The notes under the pieces were generated by a model. It had not been told where the DNA came from, did not search any database, and saw only the letters and a list, made by a program, of their open reading frames with translations. The position numbers were made by a program, and so were the translations under genes. A stretch of 45,151 nucleotides of DNA from Pirellulales bacterium (GTDB lineage: Bacteria > Planctomycetota > Planctomycetia > Pirellulales > UBA1268), in the NCBI GenBank assembly GCA_044346905.1, contig JBIIYH010000002.1, forward strand, positions 1 through 45,151, given 5' to 3'. Positions 8,710 through 15,979 of the stretch are shown piece after piece (the stretch's first letter is position 1; each line of letters begins with the position of its first letter).

Positions 8710-11700
8710 TCAGGCTTCCGGGGCGGGGTCGTCGGGCATCTCGCCGAGCATCTTCGTGAAGTCGAAACTCCCGCCACCGCCGAAGGAAAACCCTCCGGGC
8801 TCCGCCGGCGACGCCTCGGTCGGCGGCGCGGCCGACGCCGGCGTCCGCTCCACCGGCGTGCCCTGCGGCCGAGCTCGCATCCGGGCGGCCATCGTTGAGA
8901 GCCACTCGGGCGATGGGAAGGCGTAGGGGCGGAACTTCTCGAGCGTGCCCGTCTCCTCGTGGATGAACAGGCCCCGATTGGGGCCGAGCTTGGCCGCCGT
9001 CGGGCTGTCCACCAGCGTGCTCGAGTCGGAACTGCTCATCTGGAAGAGCACGCGCAGCTCGAACTCCTTGATCGCGCCGCGGTCGAAGGTCCGCTGGAGG
9101 TTCGTGAGGGAGTCGCACCAGCAGATCACGTGGATGCCCACGGGCGGGCCGTCCCGAAGCACGGTCAGGAAGTTGTCGGCCGGGGTGGCCTTCTTCTCCT
9201 CGCCGTAGCCGCCGAAGCCGAAGTCGCCGTCGGCCTTGCGGAGCTCGCGGAACCGGCCCAGGTCCCGCACCACGAGAAACACTGCCTCGCCGTCGAGCAC
9301 CTGCTCGTCGAGCCGCCGCTTCACCTCGGTGGCGAGGGCAGCCAACGCGTCGGGCACCCCCAGCCGACCGGCGAGCTCGATCTCGTGGGGCAGGTGCTCG
9401 GCCAGCCGGGCCAGCATGATGTCGGGCTTCTCCTCGGCGATCGCCGGCTCCAGGACCACGAACCGGGCCGCCCGCCCCAGGCCGCCCCCGGGAAACGGGT
9501 CGTGCTCGGCCGCCAGGCTGACGATCGACATCGCCAACAGGCTCGTGCCGAGATCCTCCCGCTGGCCGGCGATTAGCATGTTGGCGCCCCCCTGGCGGCG
9601 GAAGATCGCCGCGGTGGGATCCTTGATGGCGATCGCGTCGCCCAGCCAGGCGAGCGGCGCGAGCAGCTCCTGGCCGTGGACGGTGCCCTGCTCGAGCATC
9701 TCCGTGAGCAGCGGATTGTGGGCCGGGTCGGCCGCCTGGTTGCCGTCGAACACGATCCGCTCGAGGTGCGGGATGTCGGTCCGGCGGTCGGCCAGCTTCC
9801 GCAGGTCGCCGAGATACTGCTCCCGCTGCTCGTCGGTGAGAAACACGACCTGGAACGGGTTGTTGCCCTCGACCATGCCGTTGGCGTCGTTGTAGATCGC
9901 CTCACCAGGGCGGGTCAGCAGCCGGGCGGCAGTGTTGTCGTCGCTGAGGATCAGGCTGGAGTCGGCCTCGTTGCACTGCAGGGCCACGCGGACCGCCATC
10001 TGGCCCATCGTGGCCCGCGGCAGGCTGTAGGAGCCGCCGAGCGTCTGCGAGCCGAGCAGTACGTGAATCCCGAAGGCACGACCCTGGCGGACGAGCCGGT
10101 CGAGGATCAAGGCGGCATCCTGGGCGATCTTGTCGTCCTCGACGAAGATCTCCTGAAACTCGTCGATCAACAGCAGGATCCGCGGCATCGGGTCGGGGTG
10201 CCCCGTCTGACGGAAGCCCGCCACGTTCTGCACCGAGAGCTCCCGGAACAGATCGCCGCGGCGTTTGAGCTCGCGGTCGAGCTGCTCCATCACCGAGAGG
10301 CCGAACTCCCGCTCGCTCTCGATCGCGATCACGCGGGCGTGCGGCAGCGCGTAGTGGTCGTAGAGTTTGAACTCGACGCCCTTCTTGAAGTCGATCAGGT
10401 AGAACTGGATCTCGTTGGGGCTGTATTGCAAGGCCAGGCTGGTGATCATGGCGTGCATCAGCGTCGATTTGCCGGAGCCCGTCTTGCCGGCGATCAGCAC
10501 GTGCTGGCTCGTGCCCTTGCCGAGCTTGAGGAACTGGAGCTTCTTGGCGCCGGCGGGGCCGAGCGGCGCGAGCACCTCCTCGGCGGTACTGCCGTGCCAC
10601 CAGTCCTCCGCCTTGGGGGCCACGCGGTCGAATGGCACCACCACCCGCTTGGCCGCCTTGGCCGCCCGGCCCACCCGCTGGATGATCCGCGTGAACACGT
10701 CGTCGGAGGGCGCCTGCTCGACCGAGAGCGGCCAGCGGGAAAACTCCGGGTCGGCCCAGGTGAACTCGCCGTCGTCGAGCGTCAGCACGGTTGAATGCTG
10801 CTCGACCTCGGCCAGGCTGAATCCCGCCGGCATCTGCTGGGAGGGATCGACCGAAAGCAGCACGTAGACGCCGCAGCGGGCTCCGGAGGCGGCGATGCTC
10901 GCCAGCCGGCGGGCGCTGGTCTCGGTGAAGTTGGCCGGGAAGTTGGCCACCACCACGAACCGGTAGGGCTCGGGCACCTCCGCGTCGGCATTGTAAGCGC
11001 CGATCGATTCGTATTCGTTGCGGAGATACTTCTGGATCACCACCTCCATCTGCTCGGTGATGTCGGCCAGCTTCTGCTCGATCAGCTGCGGCTCGGTCCA
11101 GATCCGGCTCGTGACCAAAAGCTCATCATGGTCGGCCAGGTGCATGAAGCCGGCAAACTGCTTGCCCAGGCCGAGCGGGTCGATGATCGTGAACCGGCTC
11201 TGGCCGGCGGGGATGCCGGTGGCGATCCGCAGCATCATCGCCTGCATCATCGCCGACGAGGTCTCCTTCTGCTCTGGTGTGGTCCGAATCACGAGCGACG
11301 CGGCCACCGGCCAAGGCACCGTGGCGGGCTGCGTCCAGGACACGGGCCCGAAGGCATTCAGCTCGGGCACGCTCGACACGCCGCCCGGCACCCGCTCCAG
11401 CGACAACGCAAGCCCGCCGAACCGCAACCCGGGCGGCGGATCGGCGGGGAGCGGCACCGCTTCGTTTGCCAGTTCGTGCCAAGGGCGGAAGGCGGCTGCA
11501 TCCAGCCGGGACGCTTCGTCGTAGACGGCCCCGGCCGACTCCCGAGCCTCCCGCCAGCGGGCGGTCATCGCGGCCCAACGCTCGTCGCGGCGGGCATTCA
11601 CCGCGGCCAGTCGCTCGTCCCGCTCCCGCTCCAGCCGCGCGACATCCTCCCCGAGCGCGGTCTCGAGTGCGGTGATCTTGGGCGGATACTTGGCCTCGGC

Positions 11701-12906
11701 GGCCTGCTTGTGTTCGGCCACCTTGGCGGCCAGCTTGTCGCAGCCCTCCTGATACTTGGCCTCGAGGGCCGCCAGATCCGCATCCCGCTTCGCGACCAGC
11801 TCGGCGCACTGTGCCTCGAGCTGGGCCTTGCGATCCTCCCCCTCCTTCTGAAACGCCTCCTTCAGCTTCTGCGACTGCTCGTCCCGTCGGGCCACGAGCC
11901 GGGCCCGGGCGGGCGGAACGAGCCGCCTGCCGGCCGCGACCGTCTCGACCAGTTGCCCATGCACCGCCGCCAGTTCCGCGCGGGCGGCGGCTCGCTTACG
12001 GCCCAGGAACCACAGGCCGCCACCGAGCCCTCCCACAAGGAGCGCGGCCGCCGCACCGCCGGCGATGGCCGCCCGGGTCGCGATGTCCATGCCGGAGAGC
12101 CCGAAGAAGCCGCCGGCGGCTGCCGCAGCGGCCAGGGCCAGCGGCCCGGCGACGACCGCCCCCTGAAGGCCGCTCGAAAACGCCTGCTTCACCGCCGGCA
12201 GGCCGGCGATCTCCTTGGCCTGCTCGGCGGCGGCATCGCGAAGGGCCAGCAGCTTCTGGAGCGGATCATCGGGGAGGTCGGCGGCCTCGGCGGCGGCCCC
12301 CTCCTCGAAGGCAGCCGGCTCCGTGACCGGCACACCCCGCTTGGCCAGCTGCTTGCCCGCCGCGGACAACGCCTCGTCGAACTGGGCGGCTGCGCGACCG
12401 ACCTCGCCTTCGCCCTTGGCGAAGCTCACGAGCGGCTGCTTGGCCCGATCCTTGGCCACCGAAGTCGCCGCCATCGTGGCGAAGTCGGCCTCTTCCTTGA
12501 GATCGGCCACCTTCTTCGCACAGGTCACCTGGTGGTTTTTGGCCCTTGCCTGGCGGTCGGCATCGAGCTTCTTCCGATTCGTCGCCAGGAAGGCCTCGGC
12601 CTCCCGCACGACCTCCGCATGCTTCCGGCGGGTGGCCTCGATCTCCGCCGCGTGCCGCTTGCGGGTCGCATCCAGCGCGGCCGCCGCGGCGGAACTGGTC
12701 TCGTCTCGGGCGGTCTGGTACTCGGCGGTGATCTCGGTCTCGGCCTTGGCCCGGACGGCGGACTCCCGGCGCAGCAGGGCCATCTGCTCCCGCAGCACGC
12801 CGGGGGCATAGGCCGAGGGCGGCCGCGGCGCGGCCCCGGCAGCGGGAACGTCGCTGTCGCTGAAGGGAGATGCCGGGGCGGAAGATGTCGGGACGTCGGT
12901 GCTCAC
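8710..12906 (-). CDS. EssC/EccC-like type VII secretion ATPase (FtsK/SpoIIIE family, three P-loop domains, TM hairpin, long coiled coils)
   Basis: 1398-aa ORF with a GTG start at 12906 and a GAGGAA 5 nt upstream. Intact Walker A GKTGSGKS (10465-10488) and Walker B LLLIDEFQ (10153-10176). It is flanked by two FtsK-like domains with degenerate P-loops: RTTPEQKETS (11257-11286) and GQREDLGTS (9541-9567). Gly/Ala-rich TM hairpin at about aa 247-301 (12004-12168). WXG100-like genes lie immediately upstream. Confidence 0.85.
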   Translation of the reverse strand: MSTDVPTSSAPASPFSDSDVPAAGAAPRPPSAYAPGVLREQMALLRRESAVRAKAETEITAEYQTARDETSSAAAAALDATRKRHAAEIEATRRKHAEVVREAEAFLATNRKKLDADRQARAKNHQVTCAKKVADLKEEADFATMAATSVAKDRAKQPLVSFAKGEGEVGRAAAQFDEALSAAGKQLAKRGVPVTEPAAFEEGAAAEAADLPDDPLQKLLALRDAAAEQAKEIAGLPAVKQAFSSGLQGAVVAGPLALAAAAAAGGFFGLSGMDIATRAAIAGGAAAALLVGGLGGGLWFLGRKRAAARAELAAVHGQLVETVAAGRRLVPPARARLVARRDEQSQKLKEAFQKEGEDRKAQLEAQCAELVAKRDADLAALEAKYQEGCDKLAAKVAEHKQAAEAKYPPKITALETALGEDVARLERERDERLAAVNARRDERWAAMTARWREARESAGAVYDEASRLDAAAFRPWHELANEAVPLPADPPPGLRFGGLALSLERVPGGVSSVPELNAFGPVSWTQPATVPWPVAASLVIRTTPEQKETSSAMMQAMMLRIATGIPAGQSRFTIIDPLGLGKQFAGFMHLADHDELLVTSRIWTEPQLIEQKLADITEQMEVVIQKYLRNEYESIGAYNADAEVPEPYRFVVVANFPANFTETSARRLASIAASGARCGVYVLLSVDPSQQMPAGFSLAEVEQHSTVLTLDDGEFTWADPEFSRWPLSVEQAPSDDVFTRIIQRVGRAAKAAKRVVVPFDRVAPKAEDWWHGSTAEEVLAPLGPAGAKKLQFLKLGKGTSQHVLIAGKTGSGKSTLMHAMITSLALQYSPNEIQFYLIDFKKGVEFKLYDHYALPHARVIAIESEREFGLSVMEQLDRELKRRGDLFRELSVQNVAGFRQTGHPDPMPRILLLIDEFQEIFVEDDKIAQDAALILDRLVRQGRAFGIHVLLGSQTLGGSYSLPRATMGQMAVRVALQCNEADSSLILSDDNTAARLLTRPGEAIYNDANGMVEGNNPFQVVFLTDEQREQYLGDLRKLADRRTDIPHLERIVFDGNQAADPAHNPLLTEMLEQGTVHGQELLAPLAWLGDAIAIKDPTAAIFRRQGGANMLIAGQREDLGTSLLAMSIVSLAAEHDPFPGGGLGRAARFVVLEPAIAEEKPDIMLARLAEHLPHEIELAGRLGVPDALAALATEVKRRLDEQVLDGEAVFLVVRDLGRFRELRKADGDFGFGGYGEEKKATPADNFLTVLRDGPPVGIHVICWCDSLTNLQRTFDRGAIKEFELRVLFQMSSSDSSTLVDSPTAAKLGPNRGLFIHEETGTLEKFRPYAFPSPEWLSTMAARMRARPQGTPVERTPASAAPPTEASPAEPGGFSFGGGGSFDFTKMLGEMPDDPAPEA

Positions 12907-12936
12907 GGAGTTCCTCGGGGCCGGCTCGGGAAACGA

Positions 12937-13173
12937 TCAATAACCGTCGGAGTCGCTCACGTCCCGCGCGGCCCGGTCGAGCACTTCGGCCAGGCGGCCG
13001 AGCGCGTCGAGCGTGTCCTTCACGTTCGGCAGCAGCGGCTCGACGTTCTGCTTGTGAAAGGCCTTGGCCCGGGCGTCAGGCCAGGTCTCGGCCGCCGCCT
13101 CCCACTTGAGATTGATCTGCTTGAGCGCGTTGGCGAGTTTGCTCGCGCCGCTCGAGAGGTCGCCGACCCTCAT
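12937..13173 (-). CDS. Small WXG100-like helical protein (W-P-D variant)
   Basis: 78-aa ORF whose ATG overlaps the stop of the upstream gene (ATGA at 13170-13173). The central motif ETWPDARAKAF (W at 13081-13083) parallels STWRDQEQQKF in the 90-aa paralogue. Predicted to be all-helical, with non-junk composition. Confidence 0.6.
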   Translation of the reverse strand: MRVGDLSSGASKLANALKQINLKWEAAAETWPDARAKAFHKQNVEPLLPNVKDTLDALGRLAEVLDRAARDVSDSDGY

Positions 13174-13784
13174 GCCTCACCCCCGCCCGGGTCGGTGGCG
13201 GCCGGGGCCGCGGGAGCGGCCGGGGCCGGCGACTCGTCGAGCTGCCTGGTCACGGTGCCGCCGCCGCCACCGCCGTCGCCCGCCGTCTGCCCGGCGGGCG
13301 AGGCGATCTGGCGGTAGGCGTCGAGCGCCCTGAGCATCGTGTCGAGCTGCGCCATGGCCCGCGGGCAGTCGACGTCGATCACGTCGCGAAACCGCACCAG
13401 CCGGACGCAGGTCTCACGAAACTGCTGCTGCACGACCGGCGTCCAGCGCCGCACGGCCTCGGCCTTCTGCTCGGCCCGGGCGAGCCTCTGCCGGGCCTTG
13501 TCCAACGCCTTCTTCTCCTCGATGCAGGACGGAGTGTTGTCGCCCACCTTCTTGAAGGTCCGGCAGTGCTCGAGGTCCTTGATCGCCTTGTTGACGAGGT
13601 CGCTCATCCGCCGGATCTCGGCCTTCCAGTAGGCGGCCCGGTCGACGCAGATGTATTCCACAGCCCGCTGGCCCTGGATCTCGACCTCGGCCAGAGCCTG
13701 CCCCGACTCGTGCGCGAAGGCCGCGAACGCGGTCTTCACGAACGCGAGCGTGTCGATCGACTTGACGTCGGCCTGCTGGTTCAT
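13170..13784 (-). CDS. Hypothetical helical protein with Gly/Pro/Ala-rich C-terminal tail (T7SS-like operon member)
   Basis: 204-aa ORF with protein-like composition (K/E/I/F-rich despite the GC-rich DNA). It sits between the two WXG-like genes on the same strand. The tail is SPAGQTAGDGGGGGGTV..PAPAAPAAPAATDPGGGEA. I recognise no family. Confidence 0.6.
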   Translation of the reverse strand: MNQQADVKSIDTLAFVKTAFAAFAHESGQALAEVEIQGQRAVEYICVDRAAYWKAEIRRMSDLVNKAIKDLEHCRTFKKVGDNTPSCIEEKKALDKARQRLARAEQKAEAVRRWTPVVQQQFRETCVRLVRFRDVIDVDCPRAMAQLDTMLRALDAYRQIASPAGQTAGDGGGGGGTVTRQLDESPAPAAPAAPAATDPGGGEA

Positions 13785-13842
13785 GGCTGATCCTCGTGCC
13801 GCTGCCTGCCGGGGGTGACCGGCGACCCGCCGGTGCCGGAGC

Positions 13843-14115
13843 TCACCGCTGCTGGAGATACTCCTCGACCCGCTCGGCCTTGCGAATCAGATAGGGCACG
13901 TATTCGCCCGTCGATTCCGCGAACCGTTTGAAGGTGGTGAGTTGGGCCTCGAACTCGGCGGCGAACTTCTGCTGCTCCTGGTCTCGCCAGGTCGAGCCGA
14001 GCTGCGCGAGTTGCCGCTGGACCATCTGCATGTGGGCCATGACTTCCTCGCTGAACGTTCGCAGATTCCCCGCGAAGCGTCGAAGCTCCGCCGGATCGAC
14101 GATTGCCTGTCCCAT
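13843..14115 (-). CDS. WXG100-family-like protein (ESAT-6/EsxA-like, W-R-D variant)
   Basis: 90 aa, trimmed from ORF 13843-15147 to ATG 14115 with a GAGGGG 8 nt upstream. It aligns by eye to YukE/EsxA: IVDPAELRRFAGNL...QLAQLGSTWRDQEQQKFAAEFEAQL. The W lies mid-protein (aa 43; TWRD = 13981-13992), as expected for a helix-turn-helix hairpin. Confidence 0.75.
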   Translation of the reverse strand: MGQAIVDPAELRRFAGNLRTFSEEVMAHMQMVQRQLAQLGSTWRDQEQQKFAAEFEAQLTTFKRFAESTGEYVPYLIRKAERVEEYLQQR

Positions 14116-14304
14116 CGTAGTGACCCCTCGTGCCCACGAATCCCGCAGGCCTGACGTCGCGTCCTGCCGGCGACGCCATCCTACCGCAAAATCGGCCGCC
14201 GTGGACACCGCCCGCTCCTCTTCCCGGCCGGCCCGCGTACACTCCTGCCACGCGGCGGCGTTCTCCCGAGCAGCGGCGTTTTTCCTTCGTGCAGCGAGAT
14301 CCCG

Positions 14305-15165
14305 ATGTCCCGTCCCTCCGCTCCCCATGCCCCGTCGGCCGCCGCCGCGATCGAGACCTCCACCCAGCCGGCAGCGGGCTGGCATGTGAGCCATTTGTTC
14401 TATGCGTTCGACCGCGAGCGGCTCGCGCGGATGACCGTGGCGGAACGCACGGCCGGAGCCGAGGCCTTCGCGGCCGCGGTCGCCCCCACCGGGCCCGAGG
14501 CTCCGACCCGACTGCAAAGCTGGATCGTGCCGGGCCACAAGGCCGACTTCGCCATCATGGCAATGGATCGAGAGCCCCTGGCGGTCGATCGCGTCCACCA
14601 GCGGCTCCTGGCCGGCCCGCTCGGCCCGGCGATCCAGCCCACCTATTCGTTCGTCAGCCTCACCGAGGTCAGCGAGTACGTGCCTACGGTCGAGCAGTAT
14701 GCCGAGCGGCTCGTGGCCGAGGGGGAAGAGCGGGATTCGGCGGCCTTCAAGGCCAAGCTGCAGGGCTACGCAGCCCGGGAGCCCGCCATGCGGCAGGCCC
14801 GGCTCGAGCCCGAGTTGCCCCCCTGGCCCAACGCCTGCTTCTACCCGATGAACAAGAAGCGCAAGGTCGGCGAAAACTGGTTCACCCTGCCCTTCTCCGA
14901 GCGGAGCCGCCTGATGGCCGAGCACGCCAAGTCGGGCATGACGTTCGGCGGTCGTGTCACCCAGCTGATCACCGTCTCGGTAGGTCTCGACGACTGGGAG
15001 TGGGGCGTGACGCTCTGGGCTCGGCGGCCCGATTGGCTCAAGGAGATCGTCTATACGATGCGGTTCGACGAGGCGAGCGCCCGGTACGCGGAGTTCGGCC
15101 CCTTCTACACCGGCTACGTTGCCACCGCCGCCGAGATCCTGGGGCACTGCGGCGTGACCGGCTGA
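14305..15165 (+). CDS. Chlorite dismutase-family protein, HemQ/ChdC (coproheme decarboxylase)-like
   Basis: ORF track 14305-15165. Family signature: YPMNKKRKVGENWFTLPFSERSRLMAEH...VTQLITVSVGLDDWEWGVTLWA...MRFDEASARYAEFGPFYTG. A Gln sits in 'VTQLIT' where, as far as I recall, true chlorite dismutases carry the distal Arg. Confidence 0.8.
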   Translation: MSRPSAPHAPSAAAAIETSTQPAAGWHVSHLFYAFDRERLARMTVAERTAGAEAFAAAVAPTGPEAPTRLQSWIVPGHKADFAIMAMDREPLAVDRVHQRLLAGPLGPAIQPTYSFVSLTEVSEYVPTVEQYAERLVAEGEERDSAAFKAKLQGYAAREPAMRQARLEPELPPWPNACFYPMNKKRKVGENWFTLPFSERSRLMAEHAKSGMTFGGRVTQLITVSVGLDDWEWGVTLWARRPDWLKEIVYTMRFDEASARYAEFGPFYTGYVATAAEILGHCGVTG

Positions 15166-15181
15166 CGATCCGAGAGCTCGG

Positions 15182-15940
15182 TCACTTCGCTGGCGCGAGG
15201 ATCAGCTCGACGTCGGTGCCGGGAGGTGGCACGCGGCCTTCGAACGCCTGAAACAGCAGCGCCTCGTTCGATTGGCTGCTCTCGATCGGCAGGTCGAGCA
15301 TCGCCCCGGGAAAGTTGGAGACGCAGATCATGTCGCCGCCGTCGGCCTGGTAGTGCTCCGTTCCATCCGCGGGATCCCGCCAGAAGCCGCTCCCCGCGAA
15401 CACCCAGTCGGCGTTCAACTGCTCTTCGGTCTGCGTGTTGCGAACCAACTCCTGAGCCGGCCGCTCCTGCCACTTTCCGTCGGCGTCCTGCCACCGAACC
15501 CGTACCGCCACCTTGGGGCCGCGGGCCGGGACGTACTCGGGGTCGAATGACACCGGATTGCCCGGCTCGAGCCCGATCGCCAGCAGGCCCGCATGCACGA
15601 GCCGGGCCGGGCAGCGGGTGGCGACGATCGCCTCGTGCTCCTTCGAGCCGGCCGGGCAGGCGAAGACCTCGATTTCACCCTCGGCGATCGCGATCTTCCC
15701 GCCGACGACCACCCGCTTGCCCGCGAGGTCGAGCCAGACGTCGTCGGTCCGGGAGAGCCGACGCAGCTCTGGGTGGCGGTCGGGGGGGGCGGCTGGCTCC
15801 TCTGCGACGGCCGGTTTCCCAGCGACGGCCGGTTCCGTGGCGACGGCCGGGCCGACGACGGTCAGGGTCGCCACGAGAACCGCGACCCACCGCAGCAGAC
15901 GGCAACCAGTGACGGGAGCGGGCGAAAGCTGGCCTGTCAT
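15182..15940 (-). CDS. Secreted hypothetical protein, YdjY-domain-like (tentative)
   Basis: ORF track 15182-15940. It has a signal peptide/TM (LLRWVAVLVATLTVVGPAVA) and a PAVA(x)E linker repeat. The conserved-looking core EIEVFACPAGSKEHEAIV resembles YdjY-domain proteins, recalled from memory. Confidence 0.55.
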   Translation of the reverse strand: MTGQLSPAPVTGCRLLRWVAVLVATLTVVGPAVATEPAVAGKPAVAEEPAAPPDRHPELRRLSRTDDVWLDLAGKRVVVGGKIAIAEGEIEVFACPAGSKEHEAIVATRCPARLVHAGLLAIGLEPGNPVSFDPEYVPARGPKVAVRVRWQDADGKWQERPAQELVRNTQTEEQLNADWVFAGSGFWRDPADGTEHYQADGGDMICVSNFPGAMLDLPIESSQSNEALLFQAFEGRVPPPGTDVELILAPAK

Positions 15941-15979
15941 GATCGGCTCCGGGGCCGGCTGGTGCGTGGCTGACGACTC

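Noticed and set aside
8710-12906. Chromosomal FtsK (division-site DNA translocase) or a conjugative coupling protein
   Set aside because: Three tandem FtsK-like domains, a two-helix membrane hairpin and no recognisable C-terminal winged-helix gamma domain do not fit FtsK. No relaxase, T4SS or integrase genes are nearby, and WXG100-like genes lie directly upstream. A conjugative origin is still listed as the main refutation test.
14305-15165. Chlorite dismutase in the sense of (per)chlorate respiration
   Set aside because: No perchlorate or chlorate reductase genes are nearby, and the sequence pattern fits the HemQ/ChdC-type subgroup better.
15790-15850. Imperfect 18-bp repeats (GCGACGGCCGGTT...) in the YdjY-like gene
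   Set aside because: They encode a short PAVA(x)E linker after the signal peptide. This is ordinary low-complexity coding sequence, imperfect and only about three units long.
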